In this document: positions 1 through 9,739 of the stretch, one piece after another
Position numbering within the stretch: the first letter of the stretch is position 1
How the letters are laid out: every line of letters begins with the position of its first letter
DNA from: Candidatus Bathyarchaeia archaeon
GTDB taxonomy: Archaea; Thermoproteota; Bathyarchaeia; TCS64
Direction of reading: 5' to 3'
Assembly (NCBI GenBank): GCA_050014495.1
Contig: JBEKDF010000012.1
Coordinates: 1 to 64,000 of the forward strand
DNA length: 64,000 bases
Translations under genes and position numbers: made by a program
The notes under the pieces: model-generated
What the model was told of the DNA's origin: nothing
Database searches by the model: none
Seen by the model: the letters and a program-made list of their open reading frames with translations, nothing else

Positions 1-145
1 TGCACTAATAGATGATGATAGGTACATCCTATTTTTAGTGTGTAGGTCTCTATGGCCATCTTCAATCGAATATGTCAACGAAGAAAGCGCAATTATATGC
101 AAGAATAAACACATAGGAGATTAGAAAATATGTGGCTGTAGTGGA

Positions 146-856
146 TTAGGGGTGCTCAAGCTGGAAGTGGACAATCTTCTTCCCTTTCTTCGCCTCCTCT
201 AAGCGAAGCTCCACGAGATGTCCGATCTCCGCTGTGCTCTTCACGTGAGTGCCAAAGCAGAAAGTCGAGGCGTAGGAGCCTATGTCGACGATACGTAGTC
301 TATCCACACTTCTCGGTATCTTCTGGAGGAAGCTAATCTTTCGGGGGTCGCCAGAGGCGTCGATCTTTGCACGGTCCTCATAATAGACTCGAACTAGCAC
401 ATCTTCCTCAATTATCTCGTCAAAGCGGCGGTGGATGTTTTCAATTTGTTCGATTGTTAGGTTTGATGGCTGATACTCTAGTTTCTCTAGGTTGCTGAAT
501 ACCTTTGGGGGCTCACCGATGGACTCAATGAGGCCTGTGAGGAGGTGCTCAGCGGAGTGGCGCCTCATATTCCAACTCCGAGTTGGCCAGTCTATGACGC
601 CTCGGACTTTAGTACCTGTAGGCATATCTGCATTTAAATAATGAAATATCTCGGACCCTCTCTTCACAACCTTTGAGACTAGGGCCACTCCGCCAGAGTA
701 GTTAAGGACACCAACGTCACAGGGCTGACCACCTGAGTCAGGATAGAATGCAGTTCTATCAAGGACGACGAACTTAGGTCCCGCCTTGACGACTATAGCG
801 TTGAACTCAGTTAGGTGGCTATCGTCTGCATAGAGGGGGACGCTGTTGAAGCTCAC
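146..856 (-). CDS. alaX: Free-standing alanyl-tRNA editing protein (AlaX-M type)
   Basis: DRTAFYPDSGGQPCD motif, zinc-binding HSAEH (HxxxH) and CFGTH (CxxxH); 236 aa. Confidence 0.9.
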   Translation of the reverse strand: MSFNSVPLYADDSHLTEFNAIVVKAGPKFVVLDRTAFYPDSGGQPCDVGVLNYSGGVALVSKVVKRGSEIFHYLNADMPTGTKVRGVIDWPTRSWNMRRHSAEHLLTGLIESIGEPPKVFSNLEKLEYQPSNLTIEQIENIHRRFDEIIEEDVLVRVYYEDRAKIDASGDPRKISFLQKIPRSVDRLRIVDIGSYASTFCFGTHVKSTAEIGHLVELRLEEAKKGKKIVHFQLEHP

Positions 857-898
857 GTCCTTTATACTGTTGAACCCTCGATTGAGTTTTGCGTCGCG

Positions 899-1741
899 TC
901 AGGTGGGGATGAACTTCTGAATTCGCTGTCCTTCGAGGACCTCACCGACGTATAGGGCGCCGTGGCTATCTTTCCAGACGCAGTGAGGTGCGACAAACTG
1001 GCCTGGGATGAAGCTCTTCTCCCCTCCAAGGCGTGCGAGGACCTCGCCTCTCTTGTTTAGGATACTCACTCGGTGAGTGAGTTCTGCAGTATAGACGCGT
1101 CCTCTGTTGTCAAAGTAGATGTCGCAGGGTCTTAGAAGGTTTCCCCACTCCTCGATGTACTCCCCCTCGGGTGTGAATATCTGGATACGGTTGTTCTGAC
1201 GATCCGCTACGTAAACCTTGTTGTCATCAACCCAAATTCCGTGTGGGAGGTTGAATTGCCCCGGGCCATTTCCAGGTTCTCCCCAACTCTGGATCAACTC
1301 ACCTTGTGCTGTAAATCGGTGGACATTGTTATTGCCATAGCCATCACTGATATAGAGATCACCATTTGGGGCCTGTGCGAGGTCCGTGGGCTTGTTGAAG
1401 GGCTTCCCAGGGGGAGCAGGTTTGTCCTCGGTGCCGAGCTTGAAGACTAACTCCCCATCCTTTGCAAACTTGCGGACAGTATGGTCGCCGCTGTCAACGC
1501 AGTAGAAGCTATCCTCCTTATCTATGTAGGCACCATGGGCATTGGAGAAGATGCCTTCACCCCAGCTCTCTATGAACGCACCCTCCCTGCTAAAGACGAT
1601 AATGGGATGGTCACCCCGACACAAGACAAGGACCCTGTCAGTAGAATCTACAGCTACACCAGCAACTTGTGTGTATACCCAACCTACGGGTAGCTTCCCC
1701 CAGCCTTCTACGACCTCATATTCAAGACCCTGCCTAATCAT
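899..1741 (-). CDS. NHL-repeat beta-propeller protein (peptidylglycine alpha-amidating lyase-like)
   Basis: Repeated NHL units such as FNKPTDLA..YISDGYGN and GQFNLPHGI..VYVADRQNNRIQIF. Confidence 0.85.
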   Translation of the reverse strand: MIRQGLEYEVVEGWGKLPVGWVYTQVAGVAVDSTDRVLVLCRGDHPIIVFSREGAFIESWGEGIFSNAHGAYIDKEDSFYCVDSGDHTVRKFAKDGELVFKLGTEDKPAPPGKPFNKPTDLAQAPNGDLYISDGYGNNNVHRFTAQGELIQSWGEPGNGPGQFNLPHGIWVDDNKVYVADRQNNRIQIFTPEGEYIEEWGNLLRPCDIYFDNRGRVYTAELTHRVSILNKRGEVLARLGGEKSFIPGQFVAPHCVWKDSHGALYVGEVLEGQRIQKFIPT

Positions 1742-1784
1742 GCATATCAGGGTGATAGTTGTCTCGGGCTACTTGACACCTGTG

Positions 1785-2453
1785 CTATGTTTCTTCCTCA
1801 AAGTGGGAGCCATCGCAGAGTGGAAGGGACTCAGACCTACCGCATCGACATAGTGTGACGCGATTTCGTCTCTCATAGACATAGCCATCTGAGGCCTCTA
1901 TTTTGACCCCACCCATGACCCAGAGGGGGCCCGCTATGCCATCCTGATCCTCAATCACAGCTATGCCAGCCTCGAGAGTGGGTTCAAACGGTTTTCCCTT
2001 CTTATCCCACTCGACAAGGCGTCCAGAGGGGCAGTCCGCTGCCTCCTGTATCGCCATCGATTTATACTCTGATGTGTCGCTGTTGATTGTTAGGTTCCAA
2101 ATATTGCCAGCACGCGTACAAAAGCCAGCGCCAACACAAAGCTCCCTCTTATCGGTGAGCTTGAGCTCTGGGCCTTCGTAGACCTTCACTCCCTTGAGGT
2201 AAAGGGACCGATCCGCGGTTTCCGAACCCTCGAAGTTGTTCTTCGTATGTGAACCGTCGCAATATGGTTTGTTTTTAGACTTCCCGCAGCGGCAGAGGAG
2301 GTAGTTCTCATTCTGTGGGTAAGTTTCCACTCTCCGCCACATGAGGGGGATTCCTTCTGTGTCAGCGTCGATGACCATCTTTGTTAGTGGGAGGCTACCC
2401 ATTACCTGGTAGGGCCCACCCTTGGTAACCTTAATGCTGCCCTTCCCTGCCAT
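1785..2453 (-). CDS. CDGSH iron-sulfur domain protein with central divergent ferredoxin-like domain
   Basis: Two LCRCG..S...P.CDGSH motifs flanking CVGAGFC...CPSGRL. Confidence 0.9.
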   Translation of the reverse strand: MAGKGSIKVTKGGPYQVMGSLPLTKMVIDADTEGIPLMWRRVETYPQNENYLLCRCGKSKNKPYCDGSHTKNNFEGSETADRSLYLKGVKVYEGPELKLTDKRELCVGAGFCTRAGNIWNLTINSDTSEYKSMAIQEAADCPSGRLVEWDKKGKPFEPTLEAGIAVIEDQDGIAGPLWVMGGVKIEASDGYVYERRNRVTLCRCGRSESLPLCDGSHFEEET

Positions 2454-2559
2454 GAGTAGCGTCCCGGAGTCGCGGAAGATGAAGGTTTCACCATATTACG
2501 ATGGCAAAAAGGACTATCATTATGGTAAATTAGATGATTATCAGAGAAATTAAGGGATC

Positions 2560-2937
2560 TTAAGGTTTGATCTCCAGAAACTGCTCGACTAGCTTCTGGT
2601 TTACGATGCTGTAGAAAACCCACTTCCCCTCTTTTCTACTCTGAATGAGGTTCGCTTCCTCAAGGATCTTGAGGTGATGACTAGTCGTTGGCTGGGTCAT
2701 GGATAGAGCGGTGATGAGTTCGCAGACGCACATCTCGCGTTTCTGGAGGAGGTTGAGCATCTTTTGCCGGGTCTCATCGCCCAGGGCCTTGTAGAACTTG
2801 CCCCGCTTCCTCGCATTAACGGGGTTCATGTCACCCCTAGCGAGATCCCTAAGTTGAGATGCGTACTCCTTTACGTTTACACAGTTGCATTTTCCAGAGG
2901 AAACAAGCCTCTCTAAGGACTCATCGTTTTTAGACAC
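2560..2937 (-). CDS. ArsR/SmtB family transcriptional regulator
   Basis: KALGDETRQKML...MCVCEL...QPTTSHHLKILEEANLI...GKWVFY helix-turn-helix signature. Confidence 0.92.
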   Translation of the reverse strand: MSKNDESLERLVSSGKCNCVNVKEYASQLRDLARGDMNPVNARKRGKFYKALGDETRQKMLNLLQKREMCVCELITALSMTQPTTSHHLKILEEANLIQSRKEGKWVFYSIVNQKLVEQFLEIKP

Positions 2938-2946
2938 GAAAACTAT

Positions 2947-2968
2947 ATATTGAAACGAATTTAAATAT
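2947..2968. promoter_or_regulatory. Imperfect palindrome, probable ArsR operator
   Basis: ATATTGAAA-CGAA-TTTAAATAT inverted repeat 10 bp upstream of the ArsR start. Confidence 0.5.
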
Positions 2969-3056
2969 GTTTAGTAAATTTACTCCTCTATTCGCTTCGC
3001 AATGGAATAGAGAGCACCCTTTAACTGTGGAGTGTATTATAAAGATTGGGTTAGTC

Positions 3057-3161
3057 ATGGCTGTAGCTCCTGTTGAGAGAAAGAAGGTTAAGAAGCCTAG
3101 AAAGTACCTTGAGAAGAAGATTCTAAGAGGGGGACCGCCAAAAAATATGAAACGGCGTTAG
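3057..3161 (+). CDS. Putative 34-aa highly basic microprotein
   Basis: ATG at 3057; MAVAPVERKKVKKPRKYLEKKILRGGPPKNMKRR, 14 of 34 residues K/R; occupies an otherwise empty intergenic gap. Confidence 0.45.
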   Translation: MAVAPVERKKVKKPRKYLEKKILRGGPPKNMKRR

Positions 3162-3367
3162 GAACTCGAAGCTATATAGGAGAATTAGGCGCTGCCCCAG
3201 TTTTTACAAAGTCGCGCGCACTTCAGGTAGCCCTTAGTGTTTCTTAATGAATGCGATTTGTTAATTAGTTGATATCTAAGAGAAAATTAGAGAATGAATA
3301 TCGAAAAAGATAGAAAAAGAGACCCTTTGGGGAGGTTAAATTAAAGGTTGGTTATTACCCCGTGTGG

Positions 3368-5137
3368 TCATCGTCTTCTCAGCTTCCTGTACAAAAAGAC
3401 GAAGACTCCAGCTGCTACCACGAGAAGTATAATTCCATATATGCTTAAGGAGGAAGCAACGTTGACGGTCACCCTTATAGATTGTTGAGCGGTCTCCACC
3501 TCATTCGATGATGCGGTTATTTGTACTAAGTAGTCCTGAGCAGCGGTCCCACTCGGGGGGGTTATCGTAAGTATAAAGTTTGCCTTTGAGTTGGTGTTTA
3601 GTGTAGTTACTTTAATTGGTGTCGCCGTCACATTCCAGCCGCTGGGGTAGGTTAGTGCGAGTTGGAGGTTGTTTAGGGCTGAGTAGCCAGTGTTTGTCAG
3701 AGTGATGGCCTCGGAATAGGATGAACCGGCGTTCGTAGCGAAGTAAAGAGAATCGACTGTCATAGTTAGTCCAAACGAGCCACCTATACTGGCATTTAGT
3801 GTTATCTTTCCGCTACTATAGTCACCCTGTGCGGTCACTATAAATGAGTTAGAATTTTGAGTGCTGCTGAGGGCTGGTGTCACCTCTAGAATAACCGATT
3901 CGGACGACTGCGCCTCAATGAGTATCGAATTAATCTGTTTTCCATCACTTGTGAGGAAAGCAACGGTCCAACCACTTGGAACTCCTTCCGCCTTGAGGCC
4001 GACTAGTTGCGTCGCTCCTGGGTTTGAGATCGTTAATGGATAATCGGTGGCTTTCCCGAGTGCGATCGTCTGGGACGGATATTTCGAGGTCACTGTCAAC
4101 CCCGCGCTAACGTTACTTACAGTTATAGTCAGTGGTAGTGACGTCACGATTCCGTTGGCTGAAGCTTTGAGAGTTATGGCGTAGTCGCCTGAAGTAGAGT
4201 TGTTGGGCACATTACCGGTCACCTGAAGATCCACAGATTCGCCCGCATTAAGTGATATGGAACTGACCTTCTCGTTTTTGTCGTTCTCAGTGTAGAGACT
4301 CCAGCCACTTGGACCGTTAAGATCGATGTTGAAGGTCTGCGTGTAATAATAGGGGTTTTTCAAAGTGACTGCAAAGGCAAAGACATCACTTGGCATCACT
4401 ACCTTACCAAGGTATGTGCTACTGAGCACACTACCTTCGGCCTCAATCACCTTGAGATGAACGATGTTGTCTGTTTCGAGGTTCCCGATGACTTTTATGG
4501 TGAGGTCTGAATCGGTCGCATTGAGTGGAGCGGTTACATCGACATTCACTGACAAGCTCCCAGAGGCAGGGACATATACACTCTGCACCTGTTGGTCGTC
4601 CTGATTCAGAATGGTAGTGGTGTAGCCGATTCCGGAGATTGCTATGATTGAAACGGTCTCAGCATCTCCAGCGTTCTTAATAGTCACGGGGACCTTCAGC
4701 GTCTCGCCATCATGCACCTCGATAGTAGATGATGTCACCTGCACACTAATACTATCACTTAAAGTAATCTTGTTCGCGTCATACGTGAACTCCGTCGCTG
4801 CGTTGAGATTCACATTTAAGGTTCCTGTCTGGTACCCGGGTTTACTGAGGGTTATCGAGTATGAGGCCCTATCGAGGCTTAGGGTGAACGCCCCATTGGT
4901 GTCGGTTGTTCCAGTCTTAACATATTGACCCGGAAGGTTGCTACTAATCACAAGATTCGTTGTCGAGTAGACGGTTAATGTGACCCCACTCACAGGGTTC
5001 CCCTCGGAGTCGATCACAGTACCCGTCACCGTGTAACTAGTGTCTGAATGCACAATCATTAGGGGAGCAGACAGCACTCCCAACAGCATTAACAGAGCCA
5101 AAACGCGTGTAAATATACTAGTTTTCTTTTCAGACAT
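3368..5137 (-). CDS. Exported, C-terminally membrane-anchored Ig-like/NEW3-repeat protein (COG1470-like) with N-terminal carboxypeptidase-regulatory-like domain
   Basis: N-terminal signal peptide, VTGTVIDSEGNPVSG domain, repeated P(S)GW beta-sandwich units, C-terminal TM helix followed by RKLRRR. Confidence 0.8.
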   Translation of the reverse strand: MSEKKTSIFTRVLALLMLLGVLSAPLMIVHSDTSYTVTGTVIDSEGNPVSGVTLTVYSTTNLVISSNLPGQYVKTGTTDTNGAFTLSLDRASYSITLSKPGYQTGTLNVNLNAATEFTYDANKITLSDSISVQVTSSTIEVHDGETLKVPVTIKNAGDAETVSIIAISGIGYTTTILNQDDQQVQSVYVPASGSLSVNVDVTAPLNATDSDLTIKVIGNLETDNIVHLKVIEAEGSVLSSTYLGKVVMPSDVFAFAVTLKNPYYYTQTFNIDLNGPSGWSLYTENDKNEKVSSISLNAGESVDLQVTGNVPNNSTSGDYAITLKASANGIVTSLPLTITVSNVSAGLTVTSKYPSQTIALGKATDYPLTISNPGATQLVGLKAEGVPSGWTVAFLTSDGKQINSILIEAQSSESVILEVTPALSSTQNSNSFIVTAQGDYSSGKITLNASIGGSFGLTMTVDSLYFATNAGSSYSEAITLTNTGYSALNNLQLALTYPSGWNVTATPIKVTTLNTNSKANFILTITPPSGTAAQDYLVQITASSNEVETAQQSIRVTVNVASSLSIYGIILLVVAAGVFVFLYRKLRRR

Positions 5138-5143
5138 GTTAAT

Positions 5144-6115
5144 TCACCGGATCTCCTGGCGTGTGAATATCACGTAGGAAGCAGCAAAGATGGCGATGAG
5201 TAAACCGACAAAGTAGATTAAGCTTGGAAGAGAGGTCATCAGAGCTGTCGTGACATTCACTGAGATTACCGTCGGTGAGCCGCTACTGAATTGAAGCTGG
5301 CTCGTCGTAAGTATCGAGTTCACGATATTCTCGTAGGCAGTTGATGGTGAGAGACCTGAGATTATGGCTCTTATGGTTGTGAATCCAGCCTGTGTAGCAA
5401 AGCTTGGTCTACCATTTGTGACACTAAACCTGACAGGGTATAGTATCTGACCTATGAGGTAACCTATGTTTGGTATTAGCTGAATTGAGGCTAGCCATAC
5501 TATCATTGCTGCGAGCAGGGAGGTAGAGGGTAGAGGTAGTACTATCGAGAGAAGCAGTCCTATAGCTAGGAAAATTGCCATGTACACAATTGTTACCCCG
5601 AAGAAGATGAGGAGACGAATAACTGTGTCCATAGTTAATGCGAGCCCGGTTACTGAGATGAAGACACCCATCCCTGCGAGGAATGTTATTACTGCTACGA
5701 GGGCGACCGCGATGAGACCACCCAGATACTTTCCATATACTATTGAGTCGCGGTAGATCGGGTAGGAAAGTAGAGTCTTCAATGAACCTTTCTGTCGTTC
5801 GTTGTTAATAGTGTCGAAGCTTATAGCGATGGCTAAGACGCCACCTACAAGACTGAAGTTTGTGATCATGCTGCTAAGGGACCTTGATAAACTCTGAGCG
5901 GAACCAAATTCCCCGAAACCACCCCCACCACCTGGTCTCGTGGCGTTACCGGTTGTTATAGAAGTCGTTGAGCTCTGCGAACTGCTGTAGCTTATACCAC
6001 CCTCGAAGGTTGATACGAGTACAACTATCAGTAGTGTGGCAAAGATGAGTAGGAACTTCTTTTCTCCTATTATGTCGAGGAACTCCTTTTTCGCCATGGT
6101 GAAGAGTCCGGCCAT
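5144..6115 (-). CDS. ABC transporter permease (NosY/ABC-2 type)
   Basis: AKKEFLD N-terminus, ERQKGSLKTLLSYPIYRD..GKYLG motif, multiple TM helices; likely ATG at 6115, directly after the ATPase stop. Confidence 0.88.
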   Translation of the reverse strand: MAGLFTMAKKEFLDIIGEKKFLLIFATLLIVVLVSTFEGGISYSSSQSSTTSITTGNATRPGGGGGFGEFGSAQSLSRSLSSMITNFSLVGGVLAIAISFDTINNERQKGSLKTLLSYPIYRDSIVYGKYLGGLIAVALVAVITFLAGMGVFISVTGLALTMDTVIRLLIFFGVTIVYMAIFLAIGLLLSIVLPLPSTSLLAAMIVWLASIQLIPNIGYLIGQILYPVRFSVTNGRPSFATQAGFTTIRAIISGLSPSTAYENIVNSILTTSQLQFSSGSPTVISVNVTTALMTSLPSLIYFVGLLIAIFAASYVIFTRQEIR

Positions 6116-6116
6116 C

Positions 6117-6857
6117 TTAGACAACCCCCTGGTATCGGAGGAAGACCTGCTCAAAATCCTCCCCTTCAGTGGCATCCACCTGCTTACGAAGCTCCGGGAT
6201 CGTGCCGAGGCCAGCTATCGTACCATTCTTCATGATTGCGACTCTGTCGCATAGTTTGTTGATTTCATAGAGTACATGGGTGGTGAAAATTATCGTCATT
6301 CCTTTTTCCTTAGAGAGCATTCTGATAAGTTCCCTAAAGTCTCGTGTGCCTTCGGGGTCGATTCCCTGCGTAGGCTCGTCTAGTATGAGTATCTTCGGAT
6401 CTCTCACCAATGATTGTGCTATGCCAAGCCTCTGCTTCATTCCTCTTGAATAGGCTCCGACCTTGACACCCTTTTTATCACTGAGACCGACCAAATTGAG
6501 TAGTTTCTCTATCCTCTCTTTGGCGACGTTGAGTGGTACCTCAGCTAACTCGGCGTAGAAGCTGAGGTTCTGTCTTGCGTTCAAGTTTTCGTAGAAGCCA
6601 GCTCCTTCGGGTAGAAGACCAACGTTTCTCCTCGCCTGGAGCGGTTCCTTTATGATGTCAGCTCCGTTTACAATGGCTGTCCCCTCCGTTGGTGGGATCA
6701 GCCCTATTAGCATTAGAATCGTGGTCGTCTTTCCTGCACCGTTAGGTCCGAGGAGCCCGAATATTTCGCCCTCCTCGACGTTGTATGTCACGTGATCGAC
6801 AGCCATTAGGTCACCGTATTTCTTCGTGAGGTTCTTTACTTCTATTACAGCGGTCAA
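6117..6857 (-). CDS. ABC transporter ATP-binding protein
   Basis: Walker A GPNGAGKTT, signature YSRGMKQR, Walker B ILILDEP. Confidence 0.95.
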   Translation of the reverse strand: MTAVIEVKNLTKKYGDLMAVDHVTYNVEEGEIFGLLGPNGAGKTTTILMLIGLIPPTEGTAIVNGADIIKEPLQARRNVGLLPEGAGFYENLNARQNLSFYAELAEVPLNVAKERIEKLLNLVGLSDKKGVKVGAYSRGMKQRLGIAQSLVRDPKILILDEPTQGIDPEGTRDFRELIRMLSKEKGMTIIFTTHVLYEINKLCDRVAIMKNGTIAGLGTIPELRKQVDATEGEDFEQVFLRYQGVV

Positions 6858-6927
6858 CGCTCTTACCTCCTAAGCCATTTAGTAGCTATGGATGCATGTG
6901 TAGAAAGGAATATAAAGGTTTTTATCT

Positions 6928-6947
6928 GCCCTAGTAATTACTAGGGC
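6928..6947. promoter_or_regulatory. Perfect 20-bp palindrome, probable BlaI-family operator
   Basis: GCCCTAGTAATTACTAGGGC between TATA-like elements (6911-6926) and the regulator ATG at 6958. Confidence 0.7.
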
Positions 6948-6957
6948 TGATAGTAGG

Positions 6958-7362
6958 ATGTCTAATGATAGTTATTCTCCTTCCGGGTACAAGCCAGACG
7001 CCAAAGACCTTGAGGCTATACTCGGCCCACTCGAAGCAGACGTCCTGAGCGAAGTATATGAGATGGGAAAACCCGTTAGAGTGCGTGAAGTTTTTGAGAA
7101 GATGAAGAGCGAGAGAAAGATCGCCTACACTACAGTCATGTCAACTATGAATACACTCTACGAGAAGGGCATTCTAGATAGGAAGGTCACTGAAGGAAGA
7201 GGTGGCTTATTATATGTGTACTGGCCGAAGATGAGCAGACCAGAGATAGAGCGATCGGCAGTGAAACATATAATGGATAGTCTTGTGAAGAATTTTGGTG
7301 AAGCTGTCACATCGTACCTCGTAGAAATGAAGACAATGGAATCTAATGAGAAGAAGGCGTAG
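6958..7362 (+). CDS. BlaI/MecI/CopY family transcriptional repressor
   Basis: LGPLEADVL...VREV...IAYTTVMSTMNTLYEKGILDR...YVYWP signature. Confidence 0.92.
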   Translation: MSNDSYSPSGYKPDAKDLEAILGPLEADVLSEVYEMGKPVRVREVFEKMKSERKIAYTTVMSTMNTLYEKGILDRKVTEGRGGLLYVYWPKMSRPEIERSAVKHIMDSLVKNFGEAVTSYLVEMKTMESNEKKA

Positions 7363-8576
7363 TGGGTATGGATGTAGTTGATGAGCTCCTCAGAATCATT
7401 ATGATGCCTCCGCTATTGCAGGTGGTTGTGACCTCTGCCGTTGTACTCGGCGTTACATATATTTTGATGAAGGTCCTACACCTGAACAACCCTCGGGTTA
7501 GGAGCTTCTACTTCTGCCTAGCGCTCATGATGCCGATTGTAATGTATGTGCTCTTCACACCCTCGGTCTGGATTACTAGGTTAATGGTCGAGCGTGGTTT
7601 TGCACCCTTTCCGGATGTACCTTCGATTGACTTCGTTAGGGTTGTTGAAGTGAATTATGTAGGGGTTGTCTGCATCATTGGTCTCATTTTCGGAACTGTA
7701 ACATTTCTCATCTCAAACGTTTTCAGCATTTCGATAGTTAAACGACTGCAAGGCGTCTTTGAGGTTAAGGCTGATGAGGAGCCAAGTCTCTACGGTATCG
7801 TTGAGAAGGTAGCGAAGAAAATGGGGGTGACTACTCCTCGTATTGGATTAACTGAACATCTCCAACCAAACGCCTTCACAATAGGGAGGGGAAGAAATGC
7901 CATGGTTGTCTTCACCATGGGAATACTCAACACCCTCGATGTGAAAGAACTCGAGGCCGTTGCGGCCCACGAGCTTGCTCACATCAAGAACAGGGACTTT
8001 AGCATCATGGCAGTAGTTACGGCACTGAAGCTCGTATTCTTCTATAACCCCGTATCATACCTCGCTGCATCGATGGTATCGAGGGAGAGGGAGTACCTCG
8101 CAGACGAGGTTGGAGCCAAAGTTATGTCTCGAACGAGGCAACTCAAGAGTGCACTCATCAAGATTTCTAGTGTTAAGACTGATCAGAGATCGAATTTCAT
8201 CACCGCATGGACTACTAGCCTCTTCGTCTACTCACAGATTACATCCCTGAAAGCAGCATTCACGGCTCACCCCAACCTCGACACGCGCCTCAGGCACATC
8301 GGGGGAAATACAAACTCGAGGGGGGACACTGCGAAGACAGTTGTCGTCGCCCTGCTCCTGGGGAGTACACTATTCCTCGCTGGGGGTTACATCTCACAGC
8401 CCATGAGACTCGTCGACCAGATCCTCTTTAGAGTTGACGAATCCTTCGGCTTGAGGCTGATGAGATTCCCGGATAGGGGAGGTCACCTTGAGGGCGCGGT
8501 CACTGGTGTACCGAGGGTGGTCCCACCAATCGAGGACATGATGGCTTACAAGGGGAAATCGATACCATCCCCTTAA
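7362..8576 (+). CDS. M56/M48 membrane zinc metallopeptidase (BlaR1/HtpX-like), no penicillin-binding domain
   Basis: N-terminal TM helices, PNAF, HELAH, REYLAD and HP...R motifs; coupled to blaI-like gene. Confidence 0.88.
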   Translation: MGMDVVDELLRIIMMPPLLQVVVTSAVVLGVTYILMKVLHLNNPRVRSFYFCLALMMPIVMYVLFTPSVWITRLMVERGFAPFPDVPSIDFVRVVEVNYVGVVCIIGLIFGTVTFLISNVFSISIVKRLQGVFEVKADEEPSLYGIVEKVAKKMGVTTPRIGLTEHLQPNAFTIGRGRNAMVVFTMGILNTLDVKELEAVAAHELAHIKNRDFSIMAVVTALKLVFFYNPVSYLAASMVSREREYLADEVGAKVMSRTRQLKSALIKISSVKTDQRSNFITAWTTSLFVYSQITSLKAAFTAHPNLDTRLRHIGGNTNSRGDTAKTVVVALLLGSTLFLAGGYISQPMRLVDQILFRVDESFGLRLMRFPDRGGHLEGAVTGVPRVVPPIEDMMAYKGKSIPSP

Positions 8577-8585
8577 AGAGGGACA

Positions 8586-9665
8586 TCATGCTATTCTGCA
8601 GCGCAACATCTCCTTACTAAACACGCTGTCCGATTCACAGGCATCGCATCGTATGCAGGATGCCTCTTTTTGCCCAGATTGTAGCCTCTTGACGAGATCG
8701 GGTTCATTTATGAAGGGGCGACTCAAGCTGATGAGGTCAGCTATTCCTCTGTCGACTATGGCCTGCATAGCTAGTTTGGTTCTGAAGCCATTTACGAGTG
8801 AAAGAGGCTTCGGTCTCGTGGTTGCGCGTATCTTATCGCAGTGGCTAGCGAAGCTGGGCTCACTGAGTTCAGGGTCTTCGTGACGGGCGCGCTCCTTATA
8901 CTTGTCTTCTTGGCCTATGCCGCCTCCGCTAACCTCGATCATGTCCATGCCTCTTATGGCCATTGCCTGGGCAACCTGCGCTGCCTCATCGACGGTGAAG
9001 CCATCTCTGCTGAAGTCGTCGCAGTTCATCTTCATCGATATGACTGCTTCTTGGCCGAGGCGTCCTCTCACATCCTCGTAGACCTCCTTGAGGAGGCGCA
9101 TCCTGTTCTTGAGTTCGCCACCCCATTCGTCCGTTCGGGTGTTTGCGTGCTTGCTTAGAAACTCAGAGATGAGATAACCATGAGCCGCATGAAGCTGGAC
9201 GCCATCGAAACCGGCGTCTATGGCTCTCTTAGCGCCTTCCCCGAACCTGTCGACGACCTCCCAGATCTCGCTCGTGCTCATTGCGCGTGCCTTCCACCCT
9301 TCCCCCTTATAGTCACTGGGTCCTATTCTCTCGCCTGCACTAGCTTGGTATCCACCAAAGTTAATTTGGGCAAGTATCGCACCGCCGTGGCGGTGAACCG
9401 CGTCTGTGAGCTCCTGGAGCTTGGGGACGACCTCGTCTCTGTGTATACCAGCCATCCCCTCATGAGCCTTCCCCCTAGCGTCAACGTAGAGATGGCCCTT
9501 GATTATGAGGCCCACTCCACCCTCAGAGAGGGCCTCGTACAGCTTTATGATCTCGGGGCGGATGACGCCATTCTCGTTAGCCCACGCGCTGGTAGTAGCG
9601 CTTCGGACGAACCGGTTTCTGATTTCCAGTTCGCCTATCTTATAGGGTTTGAAGAGCTCAATCAT
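8586..9665 (-). CDS. NADH:flavin oxidoreductase (Old Yellow Enzyme family)
   Basis: IRNRFVRSAT, AGFDGVQLHAAHGYL, NTRTDEWGG, SRPFINEPDL, C-terminal CxxCxxC; likely ATG at 9665. Confidence 0.92.
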   Translation of the reverse strand: MIELFKPYKIGELEIRNRFVRSATTSAWANENGVIRPEIIKLYEALSEGGVGLIIKGHLYVDARGKAHEGMAGIHRDEVVPKLQELTDAVHRHGGAILAQINFGGYQASAGERIGPSDYKGEGWKARAMSTSEIWEVVDRFGEGAKRAIDAGFDGVQLHAAHGYLISEFLSKHANTRTDEWGGELKNRMRLLKEVYEDVRGRLGQEAVISMKMNCDDFSRDGFTVDEAAQVAQAMAIRGMDMIEVSGGGIGQEDKYKERARHEDPELSEPSFASHCDKIRATTRPKPLSLVNGFRTKLAMQAIVDRGIADLISLSRPFINEPDLVKRLQSGQKEASCIRCDACESDSVFSKEMLRCRIA

Positions 9666-9739
9666 TGATGAGGGCTGATGCGTCGCCGTTTTTGAATGCA
9701 TCGGGCACAGAACCTTTACACGCACTGGGTTAGATCTGT

